Source: an uncultured Spirochaetota bacterium | GTDB lineage: Bacteria; Spirochaetota; Brevinematia; Brevinematales; JAOACQ01 | NCBI GenBank assembly: GCA_963835575.1 | Contig: CAWIGG010000002.1 | Location: 192,001-256,000, forward strand | Length of the DNA: 64,000 bases | Direction of reading: 5' to 3' | In this document: piece by piece, positions 18,564-29,736 of the stretch | Position numbering within the stretch: the stretch's first letter is position 1 | Layout of the letters: every line of letters begins with the position of its first letter | Program-made: the position numbers and the translations under genes | The notes under the pieces: generated by a model | What the model was told of the DNA's origin: nothing | Database searches by the model: none | The model's input: only the letters and a program-made list of their open reading frames with translations

Positions 18564-21161
18564 ATGAAAAGTATTTTTAAGAACAGTTTATCATTATTAT
18601 CTTTATTTGCTCTCCTATTCTTCTTTTTATTTTTTGCTTCCTGTTCTCTCAATTTTAATAATGGTAAAAACTCCGAAGGTTTTTCAGGATTGAATCATGC
18701 GGCAACAAAAGCGACATCATTCAATTACGCCGATGCGTTCGCCAAGTCGATTCTTATGTATGATGTGAACTGGTGCGGACCGGATGCCGGTTCGAACCGC
18801 CTTCCATGGAGGGGTCCATGCCACACAAGCGACGGCGCCGATGTGGGACTGGACCTGTCCGGCGGTTTTCATGACTGCGGCGATCATGTCAAGTTCGGCC
18901 AGACGCAGTGTTACTCCGCCGCTACCCTTGGGTGGGCATATTATGAGTTCAAGGATGTTTTCGTTGCCAAAGGTCAGGATGCTTATCTGCTGAAAGTTCT
19001 CAAGCATTTTACGGATTATTTTCTGAAATGCTTCCCGAACGCTAACACATTCTATTATCAGTGCGGAGACGGGGCGACCGACCATCCCTACTGGGGTCCG
19101 CCTGAACTGCAGACCCTGTCCATCAGCACCAGACCGACTCTCTACTCGGCCACTCCGACAGCGCCGGGTTCCGATGTCTGCGGCGATGCAGCCGCGGCCC
19201 TGGCTCTCATGTACCTGGATTACAAAGATAAGGATTCGGCTTACGCCTCAAAATGTCTGACGGCGGCTCAGGGTATTTATACGCTTGGGAAAACCTATCC
19301 AGGCCTCTCCCAGAGCGGCGGGTTTTACGGGGCGAGCATTTACCTTGATGATCTCAGCTGGGGCGCCTTATGGCTTTATATGGCAACGAGCAACAGCACC
19401 TATATGACTGATATCAGCAACTATTTGGTCAGTGCGGGCATCTCTGAAGCGAACCAGTACGCCAACAGCTGGACTTACTGCTGGGATAACGTATGGGCCG
19501 GCGTGTTTGTCAAATTGGCCCAGATCACGAATAGGGGACTTTATAAATACTGCGCGGATTATAATATGAATTACTGGGTTTCCAATATCTCCAGAACCCC
19601 CGGCGGTTTCTGCTTCCTCAATTCCTGGGGAAACTGCAGATATGTCTCGGCCCAGTGCATGCTGGCAATGGTATATAATAAAACCGTATCCAACCAGGCC
19701 TATGTTGATTTCACAAAATCACAGATAGATTATATACTGGGTAATAATCCGCTGAGCCTTTCGTATGAATGCGGTTTTGGAACGAACTATCCTCATTTCC
19801 CGCATAACCGCGCGGCAAGCGGACGGTTTGAATATCCGCCTGCCAATGAACATAAGACCGATCCGGAAAGGCATCTGCCTTATGGATTTCTGGTTGGCGG
19901 CCCGGATGCCAACGATAATTTCAGCGATGATCCCAATAACTTTGTATTCACTGAGGGCGGTATCGATTACAATGCCGGGTTTGTCGGAGCTCTCGCGGGC
20001 ATGACCGCAATTTACGGCATGTCTCAGACTCCGGAAGCGACGCCCGGGATAGAGTCCACGAACTCACCTTACTATATCAGCGCCTATGTCGCTTCAGAGA
20101 ACAATCAGGGGTCGACCATTTATGCCTATTTGAATAATATATCGGTTCTTCCCCCGCATTATGAGACAAACTTGTCATTCAGGTACTTTGTGAATTTGAG
20201 CGAATACTTTTCCACGAATTCGAACGTGACCAGCGCCGTGACATGCTCCGTCTATTACGGACCTACCAATGCGGTTGTGTCGGTATTACAGCCATGGGAT
20301 GCGGCAAACGGGATTTATTACATCGAAGCCAGTGCTCCGAATTCGCTGTTATACGGAAAAGTTCCCTTTGAGTTTTCCCTTCATGCCTATGACTACACAT
20401 GCTGGAATCCGTCTAACGATTTCTCCAGAACAGGACTGACAACCGCCACGAACGATGTCATGACAGTCTATATTCCGGTGTACCGGAACGGGGTGCTGAT
20501 ATACGGCAATGAACCTCCGAAAGGCGGTTCATCCAGCAGTACGGCGTCTTCAACAGCAGTCAGCTCAAGCCGGGCCGCATCCTCAATAGCAGCAAGCTCG
20601 AGCCTGGCCGCGTCCAGCGTCGCTTCTTCTGCGGCAGTCAGTTCGAGCCGCTCCAGCGCGGCATCTTCAGCGGCGGTCAGTTCCAGCAGATCGAGCGCTG
20701 CATCTTCAACAGCAGTCAGCTCAAGCCGGGCATCAAGTGTTACAAGCAGTGCCGCGTCATCGGCTGCCGTGAGTTCGAGCCGGGCTGTGTCCAGTGCGGC
20801 TTCAAGTGTCGCGGTTTCCAGCACAGCAGCCTCGTCAGGCGGATATGCAGTTAATTATGCCGTCAATAACGATTGGGGCGCAGGCGCCACTGTGACCGTG
20901 ACGATTAAGAATAATAGCACGACAGCGGTCAATGGATGGACACTGGTCTGGACTTACGCCGGCAATCAGGCAATCACGCAAATATGGAACGCCACGCAGA
21001 CATCTAGCGGCGAAACGATTACTGTAAATAGCTTAAGCTATAGTGGAACAATCGGCGCGAACGGCGGGACTCAAAGTTTCGGTTTTAATCTGAGCTACAG
21101 CGGAACAAACGCCAAGCCGGCTGCGTTTACTTTGAACGGGACTGCCTGTTCACTATATTAA
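18564..21161 (+). CDS. Lipoprotein GH9 (DCGD type)-CBM3c-linker-CBM2
   Basis: GGFHDCGDHVKF, PHNR, TEGGIDYNAG; lipobox FFASC. Confidence 0.9.
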   Translation: MKSIFKNSLSLLSLFALLFFFLFFASCSLNFNNGKNSEGFSGLNHAATKATSFNYADAFAKSILMYDVNWCGPDAGSNRLPWRGPCHTSDGADVGLDLSGGFHDCGDHVKFGQTQCYSAATLGWAYYEFKDVFVAKGQDAYLLKVLKHFTDYFLKCFPNANTFYYQCGDGATDHPYWGPPELQTLSISTRPTLYSATPTAPGSDVCGDAAAALALMYLDYKDKDSAYASKCLTAAQGIYTLGKTYPGLSQSGGFYGASIYLDDLSWGALWLYMATSNSTYMTDISNYLVSAGISEANQYANSWTYCWDNVWAGVFVKLAQITNRGLYKYCADYNMNYWVSNISRTPGGFCFLNSWGNCRYVSAQCMLAMVYNKTVSNQAYVDFTKSQIDYILGNNPLSLSYECGFGTNYPHFPHNRAASGRFEYPPANEHKTDPERHLPYGFLVGGPDANDNFSDDPNNFVFTEGGIDYNAGFVGALAGMTAIYGMSQTPEATPGIESTNSPYYISAYVASENNQGSTIYAYLNNISVLPPHYETNLSFRYFVNLSEYFSTNSNVTSAVTCSVYYGPTNAVVSVLQPWDAANGIYYIEASAPNSLLYGKVPFEFSLHAYDYTCWNPSNDFSRTGLTTATNDVMTVYIPVYRNGVLIYGNEPPKGGSSSSTASSTAVSSSRAASSIAASSSLAASSVASSAAVSSSRSSAASSAAVSSSRSSAASSTAVSSSRASSVTSSAASSAAVSSSRAVSSAASSVAVSSTAASSGGYAVNYAVNNDWGAGATVTVTIKNNSTTAVNGWTLVWTYAGNQAITQIWNATQTSSGETITVNSLSYSGTIGANGGTQSFGFNLSYSGTNAKPAAFTLNGTACSLY

Positions 21162-21207
21162 TGATTGGAATATTGGACTTATGTAAAAATTAATAAAGTT
21201 ATAGGAC

Positions 21208-21248
21208 AGCCGGGTTGGTTCTTACCAACCTGGCTTCTGTTTTTTTTT
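21208..21248 (+). terminator. Rho-independent terminator
   Basis: AGCCGGGTTGGT-TCTT-ACCAACCTGGCT followed by a T run. Confidence 0.75.
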
Positions 21249-21404
21249 AAATAAGTAAAATATATTATTAAAGAAGAGGAAGGCCTGTATTGAGGATAAA
21301 TTAATAAGAGTCTAAGTTAAGGTTTTGTTATCTCGGAAAAACGGGGATTTTCGAAAGTTTAAACTGAGCCTGAAAATTTAAAATTTTAGATTAGGAGGAT
21401 AAAT

Positions 21405-23966
21405 ATGAAAAAAGCTGTTATGCTTTTTCTGGTTCTTTCAATTTTTGCATTTTTTTGGATGTTTTCATGCAGTGTTATGCCTGGAGGTAAAGGCAATAAT
21501 GTAATCAGTCATGGTACAGATTCCAGGGCAACCAGCTTCAATTATGCCGATGCCTTCTCCAAAGCCATCATGTTTTATGAGGCGAGCTGGTGCGGGCCTG
21601 ACGCGGGATCCAACCGGCTGCCTTGGAGGGCGGCATGCCACACGAGCGACGGCGCGGATGTCGGGCTGGATTTGACCGGCGGTTTTCATGACTGCGGCGA
21701 CCATGTCAAGTTCGGTCTGACACAGGTCTACTCGGCCGCGACACTGGGCTGGGCTTATTATGAATACAAGGATGTTTTCACGGCTAAAGGCCAGGACGGC
21801 TATCTGTTGAGGATATTAAAGCATTTTACGGATTATTTCCTGAAGTGCTACCCGAATGCAACGACCTTTTACTACCAGTGCGGCGAAGGAAATTCAGACC
21901 ATATCTACTGGGGCCCGCCGGAACTGCAGACTACCGCTATTACGCCGAGGCCCACTCAATATGTTGCCAATACTTCTACACCAGCGTCGGATGTCACGGC
22001 TACCGCTGCGGCAGCCCTGGCTCTGATGTATATGAACTATCTGGATAAAGACTCGGCTTATGCCAATAAATGCCTGACTGCGGCTAAAAGCCTCTATACT
22101 TTTGCTAAAACCTATCTGGGCTTAAGCCAGAGCGGCGGATTTTATACTTCCAGCGGCTACTGGGACGATCTCTGCTGGGGGGCTGTCTGGCTTTATACGG
22201 CAACAACAAACAGCAGTTATCTGAATGATGTGAATACTTTCCTCTCCAATAAAAATATCACCGATTCGAGCCCCTACAATAATCACTGGACCCACTGCTG
22301 GGACGATCAATGGGGAGGGGTATTTTTAAAACTGTCCCAGATAACCAACAGGCCTCTGTTCAAATTCATAGTCGAGGATAACCTGAGCTACTGGATGACC
22401 AATGTGGCCAGAACACCTGCCGGTTTTTGCTATTTTAATTCATGGGGAAACTGCAGATATGTGGCCGCGGAATGCATGCTGGCGCTTGTCTATTATAAAT
22501 CCACAACAAATCAGGCGTATCTTGATTTTGCCAAATCGCAGATAGATTATATTCTGGGCAATAATCCGAATGGCTTTTCATGCGAAGTGGGCTTTGGGAA
22601 CAACTATCCGCACTTTCCTCACCACCGTGCGGCCAGCGGACGGTTTGAGTATCCGCCTGCAAATGAATCCTCGAAAGATCCGGAAAGGCACCTGCTTTAC
22701 GGAGCGCTTCCAGGCGGCCCCTCAGACGGCAGCGATAACTATGTGGATGATATAAGCCAGTACGCGAGCACCGAGGTCGGTATTGATTATAACGCCGGAT
22801 TTGTGGGAGCTCTGGCCGGGATAGTCCAGCTTTACGGCATGTCGCAGACCCCGGAAGCCACACCCGGCATAGAAACCAATGCACAGTATTATGTTACTGC
22901 CTATATATCGGAGGAGAATAATACGCATTCAACGGTCATGGCCTATCTGAATAATATTTCAGTCCTTCCGCCGCATTATGAGACAAATCTTTCTTTCAGA
23001 TATTTTGTGAATTTAAGCGAGTACACCAATCCGACCAGCGCCGTGACCGCTTCTCTCTGGTGGGCGCCGTCGAACGCTGTCATCTCGGCACTGCAGCCAT
23101 GGGATACTGCGAACAGTGTTTATTATGTGGAACTCAAAGCCACGGGCATGCCGATGTACGGCCCAATTCCTTTTGAATTTGCGGTGAATGCGTATTCCTA
23201 TTCCTGCTGGAACCCTTCCAATGATTATTCTAGGACAGGACTGACCACTTCCACCAACAGCGTCATTACCACTTATATCCCGGTATACAGGAACGGGGTT
23301 CTGATATTCGGTAATGAACCTCCGAAAGGCGGTTCATCCAGCAGTACGGCGTCTTCAACTGCTGTCAGCTCGAGCCGGGCCGCATCCTCAATAGCAGCAA
23401 GCTCGAGCCTGGCTGCGTCCAGCGTAGCTTCTTCCGCGGCAGTAAGCTCCAGCCGGTCCAGTGCGGCATCTTCAACGGCGGTCAGTTCGAGCAGATCGAG
23501 CGTTGCATCTTCAACTGCCGTCAGCTCGAGCCGGGCCGCATCCAGTGCGGCTTCAAGTGTTGCCTCCTCGGTTGCTGTGAGTTCCAGCCGGGCCGCAAGT
23601 GTCGCTTCCAGCGTCGCGGCTTCCAGTTCGGCAGCCTCATCAGGCGGTTACGCTGTTAATTATACGGTTAATAACGACTGGGGCGCCGGAGCCACAGTTA
23701 CGGTAACAATGAAGAACAATTCCGCTTCGGCCCTTTCGAGCTGGTCTCTTGTTTGGACATATGCAGGCAATCAACAGATCACCCAGATCTGGAGCGCCAC
23801 GCAGACAACCAGCGGCGAGACAGTTACGGCCGTCAATCTCAGCTATAACGGCACGATCGGGGCAAACGGAGGGACACAGTCCTTCGGCTTTAACATGAGC
23901 TACAGCGGATCGAATGCCAAACCGACGGCTTTTACGCTGAACGGGACGGCATGTACGACCTATTAG
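21405..23966 (+). CDS. Lipoprotein GH9 (DCGD type)-CBM3c-linker-CBM2
   Basis: GGFHDCGDHVKF, PHHRAAS, TEVGIDYNAG; lipobox WMFSC; AGGAGG RBS. Confidence 0.92.
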   Translation: MKKAVMLFLVLSIFAFFWMFSCSVMPGGKGNNVISHGTDSRATSFNYADAFSKAIMFYEASWCGPDAGSNRLPWRAACHTSDGADVGLDLTGGFHDCGDHVKFGLTQVYSAATLGWAYYEYKDVFTAKGQDGYLLRILKHFTDYFLKCYPNATTFYYQCGEGNSDHIYWGPPELQTTAITPRPTQYVANTSTPASDVTATAAAALALMYMNYLDKDSAYANKCLTAAKSLYTFAKTYLGLSQSGGFYTSSGYWDDLCWGAVWLYTATTNSSYLNDVNTFLSNKNITDSSPYNNHWTHCWDDQWGGVFLKLSQITNRPLFKFIVEDNLSYWMTNVARTPAGFCYFNSWGNCRYVAAECMLALVYYKSTTNQAYLDFAKSQIDYILGNNPNGFSCEVGFGNNYPHFPHHRAASGRFEYPPANESSKDPERHLLYGALPGGPSDGSDNYVDDISQYASTEVGIDYNAGFVGALAGIVQLYGMSQTPEATPGIETNAQYYVTAYISEENNTHSTVMAYLNNISVLPPHYETNLSFRYFVNLSEYTNPTSAVTASLWWAPSNAVISALQPWDTANSVYYVELKATGMPMYGPIPFEFAVNAYSYSCWNPSNDYSRTGLTTSTNSVITTYIPVYRNGVLIFGNEPPKGGSSSSTASSTAVSSSRAASSIAASSSLAASSVASSAAVSSSRSSAASSTAVSSSRSSVASSTAVSSSRAASSAASSVASSVAVSSSRAASVASSVAASSSAASSGGYAVNYTVNNDWGAGATVTVTMKNNSASALSSWSLVWTYAGNQQITQIWSATQTTSGETVTAVNLSYNGTIGANGGTQSFGFNMSYSGSNAKPTAFTLNGTACTTY

Positions 23967-24014
23967 GTGATCGGTCAGAAATGAAATATAAGAAATAATT
24001 TCAAAGGAGGATTT

Positions 24015-25985
24015 GTGAAAAATTCAAAATTCGCTTTGCTTTCAGGATTGATGCTATTGGTACTTCCATTATGTTTGACATGCAGCCTGAATATGTCAGG
24101 TAACAATGACAAAGGCGCCATTTCTGAAACAAGCGTGAAAAAAGCGACCACAGGTTTCTCCATCAGCGGCAGGAATCTGATTGACGCCAATGGCAATCAG
24201 TTCATTTTAAGAGGTATTGCCCATGCGCATGTCTGGTATGAGAGCCAGATTACCAATGCTTTGAGCGGCATCAAAAGCGTGGGTGCCAACTGCGTCAGGA
24301 TTGTCCTGGGCTGCGGAGTCCAGTGGGGCCCGAATACAGCCGCCGATGTGTCCAATGTGATCGCATTATGCAAGGCAAACAGGCTGATCGGAATACTCGA
24401 AGTGCATGATACCACCGGTTACGGGGATGCCTCAGCGGCATGCAGCCTGGCCACGGCGGTGACATACTGGCAGTCGATCAAGAGCGTCCTGGACGGACAG
24501 GAAAAATACATCATTATCAATATCGGGAATGAGCCGTACGGCAACAACAATGTCGCCAACTGGGTCGCTGATACGGAGAACGCTATTAAATCGATGAGAA
24601 GCGCCGGGTTCCAGCATACGCTGATGGTAGATGCTCCAAATTGGGGGCAGGATTACTCTTTTATGATGCTGACCAATGCCACAGCGGTGTTTAATTCCGA
24701 TGTGAACAAGAATACGATTCTCTCGGTACATATGTATGAAGTTTATCAAACCATCACACCCATTACAAATTATATAACTCAATTTATGGCCTTGAATCTT
24801 CCCCTTGTGATCGGCGAGTTTGGATGTTCAAATAACGGGCAATATGTGGATGCGGCCGATGTCATGGCGACAGCACAGTCGCAGGGAATCGGCTACATGG
24901 CCTGGTCCTGGTGTGGGAACAGCTCCCCAGTTCTGGATATGGTCGTTAATTGGGATGCCAGCCAGTTGACGAGCTGGGGAAATATGGCGATTAACGGTGC
25001 CAACGGCATTAAAGCCACTGCTAAAGAATGCACGGTATTCAGCGGTGTATCATCCAGTTCGGTTTCCAGTATTTCGTCCGCCGTGAGCTCCAGCCGCTCG
25101 AGTGTCGCATCTTCAGTGGCTGTGAGTTCGAGCCTGTCCAGTATTGCTTCTTCAGTTGCTGTCAGCTCCAGCCAGGCGAGCAGTATAGCCAGTTCCGCTT
25201 CATCCTCAGTCCAGTATCAGAATATTACTCTTCCGTTCAGCTTTGACGGCGCGGGAGAATTATACTGGCAGACAAGCGGTACGATCACCAGCATGAATTC
25301 CTGGAATCTTGATGCGCTGGATGTGAATGGGACAAGCTTTAAAAATGTGTATGTCGCCGGAAGCAGCCTGCCCGCGAAACAGAATGGATACTACTACATT
25401 CACTATAAGGGGTCATATTCCTATAGTCATGTTGAAATTGCCGGCACATCAGGATCGGTGAGCAGCAGTTCGATAGCTGTCAGTTCCAGCCCGGCAAGCA
25501 GTGTCGCTTCTTCAATAGCGGCAAGCTCCAGCCGTGCAGCCTCTTCAATAGCAGCTAGCTCTAGCAGATCGAGTATTGCATCTTCAGTAGCAGTCAGCTC
25601 AAGCCTGGCCGCATCCAGTGTCGCTTCCAGTGCGGCATCGAGCACGGCTTCCAGCACAAGCGGCGGGTATGCAGTGAATTATACCGTCAATAATGACTGG
25701 GGCGCGGGCGCCACAGTCACGGTAACCATAAAGAACAATTCCGCAACGGCCCTTTCGAGCTGGTCTCTTGTCTGGACATTTGCGGGCAATCAGCAGATCA
25801 CTCAGATCTGGAGCGCCACGCAGACAACCAGCGGCGCGACCGTTACTGCGAATAGTTTAACTTATAACGGCGCGATCGGCGCGAACGGCGGGACGCAGAG
25901 TTTCGGCTTCAATTTGAACTACAGCGGCTCGAACGCCAAACCGACGTCGTTTACTCTAAACGGGACGGCATGTACGCTCTATTAG
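24015..25985 (+). CDS. Lipoprotein GH5 (subfamily 8-like) mannanase with CBM64-like module and CBM2
   Basis: LEVHDTTG, INIGNEPY, DAPNWGQD, HMYE, IGEFG and AWSWCGN motifs. LPFSFDGAGELYW..NSWNLD..GYYYIHYKG..HVEI resembles Spirochaeta thermophila CBM64. Confidence 0.9.
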   Translation: MKNSKFALLSGLMLLVLPLCLTCSLNMSGNNDKGAISETSVKKATTGFSISGRNLIDANGNQFILRGIAHAHVWYESQITNALSGIKSVGANCVRIVLGCGVQWGPNTAADVSNVIALCKANRLIGILEVHDTTGYGDASAACSLATAVTYWQSIKSVLDGQEKYIIINIGNEPYGNNNVANWVADTENAIKSMRSAGFQHTLMVDAPNWGQDYSFMMLTNATAVFNSDVNKNTILSVHMYEVYQTITPITNYITQFMALNLPLVIGEFGCSNNGQYVDAADVMATAQSQGIGYMAWSWCGNSSPVLDMVVNWDASQLTSWGNMAINGANGIKATAKECTVFSGVSSSSVSSISSAVSSSRSSVASSVAVSSSLSSIASSVAVSSSQASSIASSASSSVQYQNITLPFSFDGAGELYWQTSGTITSMNSWNLDALDVNGTSFKNVYVAGSSLPAKQNGYYYIHYKGSYSYSHVEIAGTSGSVSSSSIAVSSSPASSVASSIAASSSRAASSIAASSSRSSIASSVAVSSSLAASSVASSAASSTASSTSGGYAVNYTVNNDWGAGATVTVTIKNNSATALSSWSLVWTFAGNQQITQIWSATQTTSGATVTANSLTYNGAIGANGGTQSFGFNLNYSGSNAKPTSFTLNGTACTLY

Positions 25986-26044
25986 GAATAGGAATGCGTC
26001 AGCATGATCGCCAAAAATTTTGATGCGGTAAAATAATATTGAAT

Positions 26045-26079
26045 CATCCTCCCTCCGGATTTCGGAGGGAGGATTTTTT
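26045..26079 (+). terminator. Rho-independent terminator
   Basis: ATCCTCCCTCCG-GATTT-CGGAGGGAGGAT followed by a T run. Confidence 0.85.
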
Positions 26080-26206
26080 ATTTTAATAATCTTCATGATT
26101 TTATAGAAATGTATCCCTGGTATCTGCGTCTTTTCATGTTATTATTATTTTTTTAAATATTGCATTTTTTTTAAACAGGTATATAATTAAGTAACTGGGG
26201 GTTCGT

Positions 26207-29200
26207 TTGGAAACTAAACAAAATCCCGGTAAAAAGGCGCTTCCCATATTGTTTACATTAGCGGGTTGTCTAATCCCTGTTTTTATTATTTTGATAGTCT
26301 ATTCTATATACCGCATTCCGGAAAAAGATAAATCCAGCATAATTCAATTGACCGGTGTCTGGAAAATTCAGGAAGGTTTAAACCCGGATTGGACCAGGCC
26401 GGGCCTGGATGATTCAGGCTGGAAAGAAATCAAATTACCCGGAAGCTTTTATAACCAGGGCTTTCATGAAAAGTACCTGACATTAAGAAAAGATTTTACT
26501 TTAAATACAAATATGGAAAACCAGGACCTGTTTTTATTCATCGGCGGCACCGGCGGTTCAATGGGTATGGTTTATATGAACGGATTTAAAATCGGCGAAA
26601 TCGGAATGATTGTGAACGGCAGAAAGACACAGGGGGCCGATGAAAAATTCGGGTTTTATATTAATAAACATAATATCTTAAACGGGGCGGCCGATGTTAA
26701 AAATACAATCAGCATTGAATTTGATACTATAACGCCGAGCTATGACGGTGTGCAGGACCCAAGGATCCTTCTGGGTACCTACAATAGTTTAAGATCATAT
26801 TATGAGAAAAATATTTCGGCAAGTTTGTTTTTTCAATACGGGATCATATTTACCGGCATATTTGCCCTGATCATTTTATTTTTACTTTTGATGACTGAAT
26901 GGGGATCACCCAACCGCAATAAATATGTTTCTACCATATTCTTTGTGTTTTCGGCAATTTTATATAATTTATTTTTTACGAATGTTTTTGTCAGATATGT
27001 TTTTGATACAATATTACTATCCAAATTATTAATTTTATCGATTGTTTTTTTATGCCCGGCAACCCTGGATTATGTCCAGTATTTCTTTACCAATAAGACG
27101 AATATATTGTCAAAAATAAACAGAGTGGTTTGTTTGCTTGTTGTTGTAATGGTTTTTGCCATTCAGGATTTTGTCATAGTCAAATTGATCCATGGCTATT
27201 TTATCATGTACTTTTTTGTTGTAATTGTATATATATGTGCCTTTTGTGTGGCCCATACTCTTAAAGCCCGGGAAAAGTACAATGCCGTTGTTATTACTGT
27301 TTCGATTATAATCGGCGCGGTTTCAGGTATTTCCGACCTGTTGACCAACTTGGGATTGATTCATATGCCGCTTTTATTCAGCATTACCATTTCCATTTTT
27401 ATTGTGATGAGCGCCATGGTGATTATCGCTGATTTTATAAAGATCAGCGATTATAATAAAACACTTTCTCTGGAATTGAGCCAGTTGAACGTGAACCTTG
27501 AAGCCAAGGTTTCTGAAAGGACAAAGGAATTGAGCCAGGCCAATGAAAAACTGAAGAAGCTGGATACTGTTAAAAACGATTTTATTGCCAATATTACCCA
27601 CGATTTCCGGTCTCCTCTCACAGTCATACTGAATACGGCGGATTTAAACTTAAAAGAACACAAAGACAATCCTTATAAAAGTGAATTTGAAATGATACTG
27701 TCTTCTTCCTACCGCATGAAAAATTATATTGACCGGCTTCTGGATTTAGCGAAGATGGATGCGGGGGCCATAAAACTAAAAATCAGAAAAACAGATATTG
27801 TACAATTTTTAGAAACAATCGCAAGTTATTATCAATCGGCGATAATAAATACCAACATCAAAATTATAACCAGTTTTCCTGAAATTCCGGTGGAAAATTT
27901 TTATACTGACGAGGAAAAATTGGATGAGGTAATCAGCAATATCCTGTCCAATGCGATCAAATATGTCAGTATTGAAAACGGGATTATAGAAATTGAGGTG
28001 AGAGATGAACCGGATACGGTCCTGATTATTATATCAGACAATGGCATAGGAATACCTGAAGATAAACTGGAATTTATTTTTGAGAGGTTTGAACAGCTGG
28101 AAAGCGGGAGAAATACAAAATTCAGCGGGAGCGGGATCGGTCTTGCTTTTGCAAAACAGCTGGTGGAATTTATGAAAGGAAAAATATGGGCGGAATCGGG
28201 AGGTGAAAATAAGGGCTCCAGATTTATGATCAGGCTGCCGAGAGGCAAAGCCGCTTTTGATGATCAAGAAATTTCAACCGAATCAATGAAAGCGACATCC
28301 TTATCCCGTTTCAAGAAATTGGTAGAGTATGATATCGGTAGAAAAATTCAAAAAGAAGAACTGGAATTTTATATCAAGGAAAGAAATAAAGAAAACGAAT
28401 TTGTCCTCAAAAAAAGCGTGATATTAATAATTGACGATGAAAAATCAATCGCCGGAATCGTGATGAACTATCTTCTAATCAATGGATTTGAAAACTTTAT
28501 TATCGCTAATAACGGTAAAACCGGCCTGAAAGCCGTGTATCAATACACGCCGGATGTCATATTGTGCGATTATAACATGCCCGGGGCTCACGGGCAGTGA
28601 AGTTCATGACGCGATAGTTGATAACCCGAAATACAATCAAATTCCATTTATATTTTTGTCCGCTGTGGCGGATAGAAATTTAATTATTGAACGCAGGGAA
28701 AAAGGGGCAAATGCTTATTTAAAGAAACCGATAGATGAAAATGATCTTGTGCTGACGGTAAATCTTCATCTGAAAAAATATTTTGAATATTTAAAAACCC
28801 TGGAGCTTGCGGCCATAGATGAACTAACAGGATTATACAACAGGCGGGAAATCATCAAGCGGCTGCATGAAGAGCTGGCTGTCAGAAAATTTATGGAATT
28901 ATCGCTTATATTTTTTGATGTAGACCATTTTAAAGAAATAAACGACCGGTACGGCCATCCCATCGGCGATCGGGTTTTAAGAACTATAGGAAGAATCATA
29001 AAAGGAAACCTCAGGCCCTATGATATATCGGCAAGATATGGAGGAGATGAGTTTCTGATAATCCTGCCTCAAACAAATTCGGAAAATGCCGTTCGGGTAG
29101 CGGAAATATTAAAAAAGAGTTTCGCCGAAGAAAAAATCCTTCAAAGTGAGAATGTTCTTGCTATTACCTGCAGTTTCGGTATTTCATCACTGATCGGCAA

Positions 29201-29501
29201 CCAGAAAGACCTTGAAAAAGAACTGCATTTGAAGGATTTAAAAAAGATTTATGAGATAAAAGATTCCGCGAAAGCAGATTGGAAAATGATTCGGGAGACA
29301 AAAGAAAAGATTGCCGAAGTTCTAATAAGTTTTGCCGACAAAGCGCTTTATCAATCAAAAAAAACGGTGTGCGAAGACTGCGGATATTATTCTGAAAAAG
29401 AAGAAGATTTTCATAATAACAAATGCCCGAAATGCGGAAGTAAAAAACTGTCCGGCAGGAATAAAGTCAGTCTGTATTCGCATGATGAAAGCGCTGGTTA
29501 A
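26207..29501 (+). pseudogene. Hybrid sensor (extracellular sugar-binding-like domain, multi-TM, HisKA, HATPase, REC, GGDEF, Zn-ribbon) split by a one-base insertion near 28580-28586; could be a sequencing error
   Basis: ORF1 (26207..28600) has THDFRSPL, NILSNAIKY, DNGIGI, GSGIGL and a REC domain broken at ILCDYNMP. ORF2 (28554..29501) continues GLTGSEV..IPFIFLSA..KKP, then DELTGLYNRR and RYGGDEF. Removing one base from CCCGGGG joins the two frames. Confidence 0.82.
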
Positions 29502-29584
29502 AATGTAATATAAGCGACTTTTGATAAAAGAACAAATCAAAACGGACGTTCGATTTTCAAACAGCATACATAGGAAGTTGAATC

Positions 29585-29622
29585 ATCCTCCCTCCGTAAT
29601 CCGGAGGGGGGATTTTTTTGTT
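29585..29622 (+). terminator. Rho-independent terminator; insertion target of the group IIC intron
   Basis: ATCCTCCCTCCG-TAATC-CGGAGGGGGGAT-TTTTTT immediately precedes GTGCG. Confidence 0.85.
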
Positions 29623-29684
29623 GTGCGCCCGGCAGGGCGCACGTTCTTGCGGGTGAAAGTCCCGTATGCACCCGGTAAGGGGAA

Positions 29685-29736
29685 TCCCTCACCAGTTTGT
29701 GAACTTCTCCGGGCAGCCGGACAAACTGGTGAGGGA
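29685..29736. repeat. 16-bp inverted-repeat hairpin element inside intron domain I
   Basis: TCCCTCACCAGTTTGT-N20-ACAAACTGGTGAGGGA; the same arms occur at 51368-51420. Confidence 0.8.

Noticed and set aside
19803..19811. HNR instead of HHR in GH9 18564 as possible inactivation
   Set aside because: The GH9 signature is H-x-R; the first His, the Arg, DCGD and the catalytic Glu are retained.
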